Part shown: positions 20,790 through 31,315 of the stretch, one piece after another | How the letters are laid out: the number at the start of each line of letters is the position of its first letter | How positions within the stretch are numbered: position 1 is the stretch's first letter | Origin: an uncultured Acidobacteriota bacterium | Lineage (GTDB): Bacteria; Acidobacteriota; UBA6911 | Length of the DNA stretch: 64,000 nt | NCBI GenBank assembly: GCA_963827655.1 | Contig: CAWHCF010000036.1 | Coordinates: 64,001 to 128,000 of the forward strand | Direction: 5' to 3' | Program-made: the position numbers and the translations under genes | The notes under the pieces: generated by a model | What the model saw: only the letters and a program-made list of their open reading frames with translations | Database searches by the model: none | What the model was told of the DNA's origin: nothing

Positions 20790-22085
20790 ATGGCGAAACC
20801 GGTTGAAATGCCTAAACTGGGCAATACGGTTAACGAGTGTATCGTCACGAAGTGGCGCAAGCAAAAAGGGGAGCGGGTTTCCGCCGGAGAGGTGATCGCG
20901 GAGATCGAGACGGACAAGGCCATGTTCGAGGTCCCCGCCCCCATGGATGGCACGCTCCTCGAGACGTTTTTCGATGCGGGCATGCTCGTTCCGGTTTACA
21001 CGAACCTCTTTGTCATTGGCGAGCCGGGTGAGGACGCCGACATTTTCCGGCCTTCATCGTCCGCAGTGAGGGCGGCTGGGTCTTCGGCCCCCGGCGCCGC
21101 TCCGGCGCTCGCGCGGGACTCAAAACCCGCCACGACGCCGATCGAGCCTCAACCTCTGCCCGCCCCGGAGGCAACTTCGAGGGCTCTCAGCCCGCGGGCG
21201 GGGCGGTTCGCCGACGAGCCCGATATTCATCCTCCCGCGGTCACCAGTTCAAGTCCGGGAGCCAAAGTCTTCGAACCAGACCTTCGCCGAGAGCATGATT
21301 CTTCAGCGGCGCCGTCCACGGCGAGAAAGCCCCTTCCGGAAAGTGCCCAAGTTCGGAGCGAGGATTCGAAACCGGCCGGCATGATTCGCGCTGCGGGCAG
21401 GGGCCCGGCACCCGCTCGCATTTCGATCATCCGCGAAATAATCGCCCGCCGCATGCGGGAGTCGCTGGCCACCACGGCCCAGTATACGCTCAATACGTCG
21501 GCTGACGCGCGCGGACTCCTGGCTCTGCGCGCCACGATTAAGGCTTCCACGGGCGTGCCGGACATCAACATCAACGACCTGGTCACCTTCTGCGCCGTGC
21601 AAACTCTGCTGCAGATGCCCGACTTGAACGCCGAGTTCATCGACGGCAAGATTTATCGGCATGCGGAAATCCACATCGGAATCGCATGTGATACTCCGCG
21701 AGGATTGATGGCTCCCGTGATCCGGGATGCCCATCGGCTCACGATTGGCGAATTGGCTCTTGCGATGAAGGAATTGACGGCGCAGGCGGTTCAGGGGACG
21801 ATCTCCGCTGATCGCCTGTCGGGAGCGACCTTCACGGTCAGCAACCTCGGAGGTCTCGACATCGAATCTTTTACTCCGCTGCTCAACCCGCCGCAGGTCG
21901 CGATTCTCGGCGTGGGCGTTATCTGCGTCAAGCCGGTGCGCAGGCAAGGGAAGCTCGAATTCATCGATGCCATCGGATTGTCACTCACCTGCGACCATCA
22001 GGTAATCGACGGCGCTCCGGGCGCAAGGTTCCTGCAAATCCTCAAGGAGAAGATTGAGAACGTGGAGTCGCTGTGCTCGATTTGA
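20790..22085 (+). CDS. Dihydrolipoamide acyltransferase (2-oxoacid dehydrogenase E2)
   Basis: Lipoyl motif EIETDKA; catalytic DHQVIDG. Confidence 0.95.
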   Translation: MAKPVEMPKLGNTVNECIVTKWRKQKGERVSAGEVIAEIETDKAMFEVPAPMDGTLLETFFDAGMLVPVYTNLFVIGEPGEDADIFRPSSSAVRAAGSSAPGAAPALARDSKPATTPIEPQPLPAPEATSRALSPRAGRFADEPDIHPPAVTSSSPGAKVFEPDLRREHDSSAAPSTARKPLPESAQVRSEDSKPAGMIRAAGRGPAPARISIIREIIARRMRESLATTAQYTLNTSADARGLLALRATIKASTGVPDININDLVTFCAVQTLLQMPDLNAEFIDGKIYRHAEIHIGIACDTPRGLMAPVIRDAHRLTIGELALAMKELTAQAVQGTISADRLSGATFTVSNLGGLDIESFTPLLNPPQVAILGVGVICVKPVRRQGKLEFIDAIGLSLTCDHQVIDGAPGARFLQILKEKIENVESLCSI

Positions 22086-22091
22086 GATCCC

Positions 22092-22257
22092 AGGGTTTCT
22101 TGCGTCGTCGCGTCTTAGTGGAATTTGTTCCCCCGCACTAAACCACGAAGACGCAAAGACGCTAAGGTTCGTTCGGGGACTTCGCCCCGAACGAAGGCCC
22201 CTTCTGAACGACAACATGTTGGTTTGAACGTTTCGCCAAGCGCCTAAGAAAGCGAAG
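22092..22257. repeat. Two-arm hairpin (junction repeat 6) hosting element copy A
   Basis: Left arm ...cgtcgcgt-cttagtgg; right arm aaccacgaag-acgcaaag-acgCTAAG[..]aaagcgaag. Confidence 0.85.
22162..22248 (+). mobile_element. 82-bp CTAAG-flanked hairpin element, copy A
   Basis: CTAAG gttcgttcggggacttcgccccgaacgaaggccccttctgaacgacaacatgttggtttgaacgtttcgccaagcgc CTAAG. Confidence 0.85.
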
Positions 22258-22353
22258 CATTTACCGCCTCCGGTTACTTTTGCCGCTCCTTCGTTGGCTC
22301 GTGGGGCCCGGCATTGACTTGCTCCGGGCCAGCACCTAACATGACGGGTTACT

Positions 22354-25220
22354 ATGATCGGTACCTCCCTCGCCCATTACACCATTCTCGAGGAGATCGG
22401 CGCCGGCGGGATGGGCATGGTGTATCGCGCCCGCGACACGAGGCTCGACCGATTGGTCGCAGTCAAGGTTCTCACGACCCAGTTCGCGCGCGACGAAGAA
22501 GCGTTGGAGCGCTTCCGGCGCGAGGCTCGCCTCGCTTCGAGCCTGAACCATCCGCACATCTGCACGATCCACGACTTCGGTGAAGAGGGCGGCCATTTTT
22601 ACATCGTGATGGAACTGCTCGAGGGGCAGACCCTGCGCAGTCTCATGCATTCCGGCCCTCTCGAGATCGACCGGGCGCTCGAACTGGCCATACAAGTCGC
22701 CGACGCCCTGGATGCCGCTCACGACCGCGGCGTAGTGCACCGCGATGTCAAACCGGCGAACATCTTCGTGAACAGCCGCGGCCACGCCAAAGTGCTCGAC
22801 TTCGGGCTGGCCAAGATGAGCCAGACAGCAGCAGCCGGTGACGGGACCCAAACATCGACCACAACCACATTGACTCCCGAAGACTCCACGCTGACGCGGC
22901 CCGGTGCCGCCTTGGGCACTTTTGCTTACATGTCGCCCGAGCAGGCGCGGGGCGAGGAGCTCGACTCGCGCACCGACATCTTTTCGTTCGGCGCCGTGCT
23001 GTATGAGCTCACCACGGGCCGGCAGGCGTTCTCCGGAGCAACGGTTGCGCTCGTATTCGACGCCATCCTGAATCGTCAGCCCGAGCCGGTCGCCCAGAAG
23101 AACCCTGCCGCACCGCGCGAGCTCGAAGCCATCATCCAGCACTGCGTGGAAAAGGATCGCGACGCGCGCTATCAGAGCGCTGGCGAAGTGGCGGCGGACC
23201 TCACCGCGCTCCGGACCAGCCTGTTGTCCGGCCAGTCGCTTGCAGCCAGCGGGCGGTTTCCCAGGTGGCGCAGGCGGAGCTGGAGCCGGACCATGAAACT
23301 CGGGCTCGCGGCCGCAGCGGTGGGCGTGGTCATTGCGGCTGCGCTTCTTGTGCCGCGCTTCCAGACAAAGCCGGGCGTGGCGCTGTCCGAGAAGGATTCG
23401 CTGCTCCTGGCCGACTTTGAAAACCGCACCGGCGACACTGTGTTCGACGACACCTTGAAACAGGCGCTTGCCGTCCAGCTCGGCCAGTCTCCGTTCCTCA
23501 ACATCGTGCCGGCTGCGCGTGTGCTCGAGACGATGGCGTACATGAACCGCAAGCCGGACGAACGCGTGATGGGCGAGGTTGCGCGCGAGGCCTGCCAGCG
23601 CGTGGGCGCGAAGGCTATGATCGAGGGTTCGATTGCCGGTTTGGGTTCTCACTACGCCATCACGATACAGGCCATCCAGTGCGGCAACGGAGACGTAATC
23701 GCGCGCGAGCAGGTCGAGGCGGACAACCGCGAGCAGGTGCTCCAGACTCTCGATCGAACAGCGTCGAGCCTGCGGCGCAAGCTGGGAGAATCGCTTCGCT
23801 CCGTCGAGCAGTTCGACGTGCCGCTGCGGCAAGCGACGACACCGTCGCTGGAGGCTCTTCGGGCATTCACCCTGGGTAGCCTGAAGCGCGCGGCGGGCGC
23901 CGAACTCGAGTCGGTTCCGTTCTACACCCGCGCGCTGGAGCTCGATCCAGACTTCGCATCGGCCTACAGCGCGCTGTCCGACATCTATGGCAGCCTCGGT
24001 GAGCTTGACCTGGCTGAGGATTACGGGCGCAAGGCTTTCGAACGCAGCGAACATGTGAGCGAACGGGAAAAGCTCCACATCCAGTACCAGTATTACAACC
24101 GCGTAACCGGGCAGCTCGAGCGGAGCATTGCCGCCCTGGAGCTTTGGAAGCATTCGTACCCGCGCGATTACTCGCCTGCCAATGCCCTCGCGGTCACCTA
24201 CAACCGGATCGGGCAGTTCGAAAAGGCCGTTCCGGAGGCGGAAGAAGCGCTGCGCCGCGATCCCAGACATCCATTCCCGCACTCCAACCTCGCCTTCGCT
24301 TACCGGGGACTCAACCGCTACAACGAAGCTCGTTCCGTTGCGGAGGAAGCGGTCCGGCTACGCATCGAAACTGCCCCGACGCGCAGGCTGCTCTATCAGA
24401 TTGCAACGATGCAGGGTGATCTCACCGTCGCCCAGGAGCATCTGGCGTGGTCGCGAGGGAAGCCGCGGGAGTACGACATGGTGGCGGCACAGGCGCAGAT
24501 GGCGGCCTTCTCCGGCAAGCTAAGGCGGGCGGGAGAGCTTTATCGGCAAGCGCGCGACATGGCCGAGCGCGGGCGTCTTTCGGAGACCGCTGCTTCGGTA
24601 GCCGCGTCGGAGGCAGCGACCGCGGCGGCGTTCGAAGACGTCGAGCACGCGCGTCGCGCAACGGAGGCAGCCCTCGCGCTCGCCTCGGGCCGGATGGTGA
24701 AGGCGCGAGCTTTTGCCGCGCTTCCAATGGTCGGCTATGGCGGCGGCGGTCAAACCATCCTCAACGAAGCGCTCCGGCGTTACCCCGACGACACGCTGCT
24801 GGTTTCGTTCTTTGAGCCGCTGGTTCGCGGAGCGGTCGAGCTGCGCCGGGGCAACCCCCAGCGTACCATCGAGCTGCTCGAGGCTGCCCGGCCTTACGAA
24901 CTGGGTCCGATGCCGTTCTGGCCCGTCTACCTGCGCGGTCAGGCGTATCTGGCGCTCCGGGACGGAGTCGCGTGCCGCCATCGAATTCGGAATCATTCGC
25001 GACCGCCGCGGCGTCGATCCTTTTTCGCCTCTCTACCCGCTGGCCCATCTCGGGCTTGCGCGCGCACACGCCCTCGCCGGTGACCGGGCTGCCAGTCTCA
25101 AGAACTACGAGGAGTTCTTCAAGTTCTGGACTGACGCGGACGCCGAACCTGCGTCTGCTCCGCGCTGCAAGGGTGGAGTACGACCGCCTGTCGGCTGCCG
25201 ACCGGCGCAGCCCGCAGTAG
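22354..25220 (+). CDS. Ser/Thr protein kinase with TPR region, frameshifts near the 3' end
   Basis: GAGGMG, VAVK, HRDVKPAN, DFGLAK, YMSPEQ; C-terminus continues in two other frames. Confidence 0.92.
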
Positions 25221-25228
25221 CGGGCACA

Positions 25229-25334
25229 TTGACAAATGGCCATTTGTCATTTGTCATTGGTCATTATGTCATTTGTCATTCTTCGAGATCGGTCCAATGA
25301 CAAATGAGAAATGACCAATGACCAATGACCAATG
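25229..25334. repeat. Inverted heptamer array (ATTTGTC / AATGACM)
   Basis: About 5 copies facing about 5 complementary copies between convergent genes. Confidence 0.85.
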
Positions 25335-25341
25335 TTTCTTT

Positions 25342-26188
25342 CTAACGGTAGAAGTTCGCAATGCCGAAGGTTATTCCTCCGACGAATCCGGCTGGCAGGC
25401 GCATCGTGAGACAAACCGAAGCGAACCCCGGCGTCGAGGACCATGCGTTTGTTGACTTGATAGGTGACCGCTGCCAGCGCGAACAAAGCCCCCGGCTCGG
25501 CATCGTTCCGGCCGACGCCGCTGATCTCACCCTGCAGGCCGAAGCGCCTGGTCAGGCCGTAGGAAGCCGCAAACGCTGCCTGTCCGCTGGATGAATGTCC
25601 CGGATCCGAGGTCCGTCCAGCCAACAAATAGACCGCATTGAAATCGAGGTCGACCCGTCCGAAGGTCCTGCTCGTCAGAAACAGAAAGCTATGATCGACC
25701 CGCCCGGTCCCGAGTCCTTTGGAGCTACTCGCCGTAGGCGCCTTGAAGAAGTACGAGACAGCAATTCCGGGTCCGCTGTCATTCTCATGCCGCAGCACCG
25801 ACTGAATTCCGAACTGCAAGTCGCCCACGCTGGATACTTTCATGCCGTCGTCCGGAGTATGCGAAATGTAGCCGTCGATATCAAATTCAAGAAGAATGCG
25901 GCGGCTGGCGGCAAAGCGCAGCGTGAACGGCATGTCCTGCACGGCACGCAGTCCGGGTACAGCCAGGTCACGGCTGTACCCATATTGCATTTGAAGAACG
26001 CCGGGCCGGTGAAACTCGGCGGGATTGGAAGTCGTCGGACGAGCTGGAACAATGAACTCCGGGTCTCTGGCGGATTGAGATGAATTAGCCTGAGCGAAGG
26101 AAGCGTCGCCGAAACCGGGCGAAAGGGCAAAAAGCAAGATCGCCATCGTGCTCCACGGCCACCTTCTTCTCGAAACCAATCGCCTCAT
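25342..26188 (-). CDS. Outer-membrane beta-barrel transporter (MetA-pathway/phenol degradation-like), frameshift near the end
   Basis: Signal peptide, PARPT, alternating beta strands, VLDAGVRFGL; corrected end GGITFGIANFYR*. Confidence 0.65.
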
Positions 26189-26198
26189 TGAACGCTTC

Positions 26199-26612
26199 TC
26201 ACCGGGGCCGGATCGCAATCACGGCCCGCTTGCGGTTCATCAACTTGCTGAACAGGTCACCCAGGCTCTTGAGCCAGTATTTCTGATTGAGAAGCCTGTG
26301 GCCGTGTTCCTCTTCGCGTCCCTCGACGATTCGGGCTTCGGCGTCGACCCATGGGCCCTTTACCACGCCACGAGCCGAGCACGGAGCGATGCGAACGCGC
26401 GGATTGTTCCGGATTCGTTTCACTTTTCCGGCGTCTGCCAACGAGTAGACGTAGAACAGATCATTGTCCTGGGCAAACCATACAGGCGTGGCAACCGCCG
26501 CACCATTCTTCCGGTAGGTTTCGAGGCTCAAATAGCGCTGCGCCTGGAATTGTTCCAACTTGACTGATCCTTGAGCGAATGGGCGAACCGCTTCATGAGA
26601 AGAAAGCAGCAA
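26199..26612 (-). CDS. PPOX-class F420-dependent oxidoreductase
   Basis: YLSLETYRKNGAAVATPVWF, GKVKRIRNNPRVRIAPC. Confidence 0.9.
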   Translation of the reverse strand: MLLSSHEAVRPFAQGSVKLEQFQAQRYLSLETYRKNGAAVATPVWFAQDNDLFYVYSLADAGKVKRIRNNPRVRIAPCSARGVVKGPWVDAEARIVEGREEEHGHRLLNQKYWLKSLGDLFSKLMNRKRAVIAIRPR

Positions 26613-26862
26613 CGGACGGAATCAAATCATAAGACAAGCGATGATTGATCACGCAACAGCCTTATCCGGAGGGACAAAGGACATGAGCCGGTGATGAGAT
26701 CTTCGGGAGAAATGGCTGCGGTCTGCCCGCCCGGGCAGTCACGCAGGACTGACCTCGCAGCATGCCTTCATCCCGTAGGGCCTCCAGGCCAGCCTACCGA
26801 ACGCGGTAATGGCCGCAAGGCGCGCCGGCGTCTCGCGCGCGAACTGTGGATGTGCGCCGGCG

Positions 26863-27534
26863 CTACTGAGGTGTCTTCAGTTTGTCGCGAAAGACCTGGC
26901 GAAACTTTTCGACCTTCGGCCGGATCACGAACTGGCAGTAGCCCTGGTTTCCGTTCTGGTTGAAGTAATTCTGGTGGTAGTCCTCGGCCTTGTAGAAAAT
27001 CGTGTGCGGAACGATCTCGGTAACGATCGGGCTGCCAAAAGCCCCCGAGGCATCGAGCTCTTTTTTGTAGCGCTCTGCCAGACGCTTCTGTTCGTCGCTG
27101 TGATAAAAGATCGCCGAACGATATTGCGTTCCGACGTCGTTCCCCTGGCGATTGAGCGTCGTCGGGTCGTGCGTTTTCCAGAAAACTTCAAGAAGCTCCG
27201 GAAAGGAAACTACACCCGGGTCATAGGTGATCTGGCACACCTCGGCGTGTCCGGTCGTGCCGGTGCACACCTGCTTGTATGTGGGATTCTTGGTGGTCCC
27301 GCCGGTGTAGCCCGAGACCACGGACTGCACGCCTTTCAAATCCTGAAACACCGCTTCCACGCACCAGAAGCAACCCGCCCCGAATGTTGCCGTTTCCATT
27401 TTCGCCGCCGTCCCGGTCGTTTTCTGTCGTTCCTGCTCCGAGGGGAAGACCGGAAATCTCCCCTCTCGCGCCCCGAGATAGAGGGCTCCTGCAAGAAGAA
27501 ATCCCACCGCACCCAATGCTATACCTTTTCTCAT
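26863..27534 (-). CDS. msrA: Peptide methionine sulfoxide reductase A (exported)
   Basis: GAGCFWCVE, GTQYRSAIF, AEDYHQNY. Confidence 0.95.
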   Translation of the reverse strand: MRKGIALGAVGFLLAGALYLGAREGRFPVFPSEQERQKTTGTAAKMETATFGAGCFWCVEAVFQDLKGVQSVVSGYTGGTTKNPTYKQVCTGTTGHAEVCQITYDPGVVSFPELLEVFWKTHDPTTLNRQGNDVGTQYRSAIFYHSDEQKRLAERYKKELDASGAFGSPIVTEIVPHTIFYKAEDYHQNYFNQNGNQGYCQFVIRPKVEKFRQVFRDKLKTPQ

Positions 27535-27695
27535 AGAGACCAGTTCTAGCCAAGGCTCAGGTTTTTCGTAGTCGGTCACGATGCCGCTTCGCGATCCGAG
27601 CTGATCTAATACGTTCCGTCACAGCAACTTCTAAGATAGGCGGTCCTGGAGAGGGTTTCAATTGAATTCACGGTTAGCAACACTCAAGAAGCCAC

Positions 27696-27863
27696 CGGGT
27701 GTTTCTTCGTGTCTTGGTGCCTCGTGGTATTTCTCTTGGAGGGCTAACCACGAAGACACGAAGAAACACTAAGGTTCGTTCGGGGACTTCGCCCCGAACG
27801 AAGGCCCCTTCTGAACGACAACATGTTGGTTTGAACGTTTTGCTAAGCGCCTAAGACTGCAAG
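27696..27863. repeat. Two-arm hairpin (junction repeat 7) hosting element copy B
   Basis: gtgttt-cttcgtgt-cttggtgc-ctcgtggta ... aaccacgaag-acacgaag-aaacaCTAAG[..]actgcaag. Confidence 0.85.
27769..27855 (+). mobile_element. 82-bp CTAAG-flanked hairpin element, copy B
   Basis: Differs from copy A at two positions near the right end. Confidence 0.85.
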
Positions 27864-27997
27864 ACCCCGACTTGGAGGTCCGAAGGACACCGCGCCTTGA
27901 TCAGCCTCCGTCAAAGCAAACGATAGACGAAATCGAAGCCGAAGATGTTATCTTCGTTCTCGGATCCCTAACATCCACATCAAGAAAGGGCCCAATT

Positions 27998-28585
27998 ATG
28001 AAGCAATTCCGCGAATTCGTAGTGAACACGTTGGTTGGCGGCTTGCTCGTCGTCGCTCCGATTTACATCGCCGTTTTGCTGCTGCTCAAGGCCATGCAAT
28101 CGTTAGTGGGTCTGGTGCGGCCATTCGCCACGTTGCTCCCAGAATGGTTCCCCGCTGAAAATGTCTTTTCTCTTCTGCTCGTGTTGATTGTCTGCTTCCT
28201 CATCGGTGTGGCCGTCCGCACCCCGAGAGGGCGAGCGATTCGGGAGCGAATCGAGAGTTCTCTATTCGAGAGACTCCCCGGCTACGCACTCTTTAAGAGC
28301 CTTACCCAGCGACTGGCTGGCGAGAGTCAGGAGAACGTGTGGAAGCCAGCGCTGGTCGAGATTGAGGAGGCCCTCGTCCCCGCATTCATCATTGAAGAAC
28401 TTGAGGACGGGCGCTTCACGGTTTTCGTTCCCTCGGTGCCCACGCCTCTCGCTGGAGCCGTCTATATTCTCAGCCGGGAACGCGTGCACCCCCTGGACGT
28501 CCCATTCACACAGGCGATCAAGTCCGTCTCACGGTGGGGATCAGGTTCAAAGGATCTTGTCGCAGCCATGAAAGCAGGGCGCTAG
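27998..28585 (+). CDS. DUF502 family membrane protein
   Basis: GGLLVVAPI, ERLPGYALFK, VFVPSVPTPLAG. Confidence 0.85.
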   Translation: MKQFREFVVNTLVGGLLVVAPIYIAVLLLLKAMQSLVGLVRPFATLLPEWFPAENVFSLLLVLIVCFLIGVAVRTPRGRAIRERIESSLFERLPGYALFKSLTQRLAGESQENVWKPALVEIEEALVPAFIIEELEDGRFTVFVPSVPTPLAGAVYILSRERVHPLDVPFTQAIKSVSRWGSGSKDLVAAMKAGR

Positions 28586-28701
28586 TAATGACGGTCTCGA
28601 GCGAGCTCGGTCGTCCGAGAGATCACCGTCGCCCCGGAAGCTCGTTCGCTTGGCGGGATGGCGCTCTTCTACGGCTTCTTCGTCATCCTCTCGCTGCGCA
28701 G

Positions 28702-28734
28702 CTTCTGGTAGTGTCTTGGCGTCTTCGTGGTTAG
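28702..28734. repeat. Single left arm (junction repeat 8)
   Basis: agtgt-cttggcgt-cttcgtggttag. Confidence 0.7.
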
Positions 28735-28757
28735 TGTGCCTGAACAAGCCACTAGCT

Positions 28758-30629
28758 TTATCTGGAAAACCGGCCGATGAAACCACCGCCGGCCTGAAGG
28801 TCGATGCGAAGGGATTCGCCGCGGCTGTAGGCGCTGTTTTGTATGTCTACCGCGTCCGCGGCGCTCGCGCTGTCCCGCACCAGGACCGCATTGTACTTAC
28901 CCGATCCGAGAAACGAGAGCGGCACGTTTACGGTCCTTGCCGCCGGTCCGTTCAGAATGGCAAGGAACCAGCGATCGCCTCTGCGTCGCGCGAGCGCGGC
29001 AATCTCGCCGATCTCAGACATCGGCAGTGCGATGGTTTCATCCCACACGCTCGGGATGCTCTTGATCACATCCACGGCCGGATGTTGCAGCAGCGTCCTT
29101 GGATGCGCGCCGTAGGTCAACAGCGGCGAAGAGAAGACAGCGGCGCTGGCCACCTGGTGCGCCCATGTCGTGTCGTTGCGCCGCTCGCCGAAGAGCACCG
29201 GCGTGTAGTCGGCGTGTCCGGCCAGCATTCGCGTGAACGGCAGCGTGGCGTCGTGCTGCGCTCTGAGGGTTTTGCGGCTCTCCATGCCGCGAATCGCCTC
29301 GCGGGTCAGTTCATTGGGAAACGTACGCGATTCGCCGGTCGGCTTGTTGGCGCCGTGAAAATTCACCAGCAACTTGTACTCGGCCGCCTCCTTCAGCGAC
29401 GCCTCGTACAACTCGACGACCTCCTTGGCCTCGTGATCGTAGAAGTCGAGCTTGACTCCGGCTGCTCCCGCGTCGCGGCACAATTGGAAAAACTTGCGCC
29501 GGTTCACCGGGTCTCTGAGGTCCCGGCTGTGCTTCCAAAGCCAGATACCGACACCCTGACTGCGCGAGTAGTCGATAAGGTCTTTCAACTCGCTCTGGCT
29601 CCACTTGGCCCAAAACCCCTCGACAACCTGGTATTCGAATCCCAGTTCTCCGGCGAGGCGTGAAAATTCCTTGACGCCCTCGAGCGTGTTCTCGCCCCCG
29701 TCGAGGTACCGCCAGACCGCGCGCCCAGGTTTGATCCAGTCGGTCTTGATGCCTTGCGGAAACAGCTTCGGATCCGGCGGCGGTGCAACGTCGTGGACAA
29801 TATCGCAGTTGACCAGCGTATTCAGATCCAGAGCTGCCATCACGATCCTCCACGGCGTCGTGATGACGCCGGCAACCGAAGCCGGCCTGGCCATCCGCTC
29901 GATCTCGTCTTTGAACCGCAACCGGAAAGGATACGAAGGCGGGTGGGAGTGACCGAGCCGCGCCTCGAAGCCGCCTTTGCCGTCGGCTTGCAGTCCCATG
30001 CCGGGGTAGTGCAGCAGCGCTCCTTCGGTGATGGAGGCGTAGCCGGCGCCGTTCGGCAGTTTCACCGTCAGCGGCGGAGCGGCCCAATCGAGGGCGGGCA
30101 CTTCCTGCAGGCTCTTCCGGACGTGGGCGCCTTCGTAGTGTCCTTCGAAGTCGTGGTACCAGACGGTGCTTCCGGCGGGAAGACGGAAGGTTGTAGCCTC
30201 GTCGGGAACGCGCGATTTCCCTTCCGTGCCGGGCACGATGAAGCGAAACGCGATGCCGTCGTTGTACGCGCGCGCCTCCAGCGTGTAATGCGTGCCTGAT
30301 TTTTCGTGCGTCACCGCTATCCGCACCCCGTTGGCGCGAACGGCGACGGTGGAATGTACGCCGTGCCAGGCATAGGTCTCATTCACCTTGTAACGATCCG
30401 TCTTGCCGACCTGAGCGCCTTGCGCAAGGTTGACGCCGTCCACCACGATACCCAGCGGCGATGTCTCGATCGCGGTTTTTCCTCTCAGCGTCAAGGCATA
30501 TGCGAGCGAACCCTGCTTCTCGAGCACCAGGCGGAACTGGACATGGCCGTCCGGGCTGTTGACTGATACCGCATCGGCCGCCAGCGCCGGAAGCGAAAAG
30601 GACACGAGCGCAACGAGAAGCCTGGTCAT
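28758..30629 (-). CDS. Glycoside hydrolase family 97
   Basis: SPDG, TTPWR, WIKPGRAVW, GVKLDF, VNFHG, EAIRGME, DYTP. Confidence 0.92.
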   Translation of the reverse strand: MTRLLVALVSFSLPALAADAVSVNSPDGHVQFRLVLEKQGSLAYALTLRGKTAIETSPLGIVVDGVNLAQGAQVGKTDRYKVNETYAWHGVHSTVAVRANGVRIAVTHEKSGTHYTLEARAYNDGIAFRFIVPGTEGKSRVPDEATTFRLPAGSTVWYHDFEGHYEGAHVRKSLQEVPALDWAAPPLTVKLPNGAGYASITEGALLHYPGMGLQADGKGGFEARLGHSHPPSYPFRLRFKDEIERMARPASVAGVITTPWRIVMAALDLNTLVNCDIVHDVAPPPDPKLFPQGIKTDWIKPGRAVWRYLDGGENTLEGVKEFSRLAGELGFEYQVVEGFWAKWSQSELKDLIDYSRSQGVGIWLWKHSRDLRDPVNRRKFFQLCRDAGAAGVKLDFYDHEAKEVVELYEASLKEAAEYKLLVNFHGANKPTGESRTFPNELTREAIRGMESRKTLRAQHDATLPFTRMLAGHADYTPVLFGERRNDTTWAHQVASAAVFSSPLLTYGAHPRTLLQHPAVDVIKSIPSVWDETIALPMSEIGEIAALARRRGDRWFLAILNGPAARTVNVPLSFLGSGKYNAVLVRDSASAADAVDIQNSAYSRGESLRIDLQAGGGFIGRFSR

Positions 30630-30715
30630 GTTCGCGAAATGACTTGATGCAATTGAAGGCAAGCAGTATTTCACAGGTTTAGAATTCCCGTCAAACCGGC
30701 CCAAGTCCCGGGTGG

Positions 30716-30811
30716 TCATCTTGAGCGCAATAGCCTATAGACGCCAAAAAGGATCGGGATGAGGACAATAACAACCAGAAACAAAATCTCAATAGCTCCA
30801 AAACCAGACAT
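30716..30811 (-). CDS. 31-aa single-TM small protein
   Basis: MSGFGAIEILFLVVIVLIPILFGVYRLLRSR with GGGGGA upstream; below the ORF-track cutoff. Confidence 0.5.
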   Translation of the reverse strand: MSGFGAIEILFLVVIVLIPILFGVYRLLRSR

Positions 30812-31115
30812 TATTTTTCCCCCAGACATGACCGCGCATTCGCATTCCAAAGGCGCGGTTTGGAATGCGAATGCAAGCTTGCGCCTTGTTCAGCGGCAGC
30901 TTGCTGCCGCGCCACGGAATCGCCAAAATCCACGCGCTTGCGCATTCACAAATACGTTAACCTGATTGCGAACAGCAGTACTAAATTTGAGTGGGCTTTC
31001 CAACCGGGCGCTTCCCATCTTCGACCTTGCGGCGCCGGGACTCGGGCGGCAACTCGACGGAGTAGGGGCCGTTTCCGGCGCAGATGAACTCGGTCTCTCC
31101 AGGCGGCGGGCCGGA

Positions 31116-31311
31116 GAGACTGTTGCAAAACTCAGCCGCGACCCCGCCGAGTGGCTTAGACAATTTCAAGCATCTGTGGCGACGGCTCATCAGAGCCGTC
31201 GCAAATACCACGATCGGAATGATTTACCCTTAAAGAGATTGTTGCCATCGGGGGCCGGACGGGCTTGATAGCCCGTCCGCACATGAACCGGGCGAGTTTT
31301 GCAACAGTCTC
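31116..31311 (-). mobile_element. ~200-bp MITE, copy 2
   Basis: TIR gagactgttgcaaaactc/gagttttgcaacagtctc; shares atgtgcggacgggctatcaagcccgtccggc with copy 1; flanks cgga/tgga. Confidence 0.85.
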
Positions 31312-31315
31312 TGGA

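Noticed and set aside
22162-22248. 82-bp element as a simple terminator or tRNA
   Set aside because: No U-tract or cloverleaf; it occurs in varied orientations and has duplicated CTAAG flanks.
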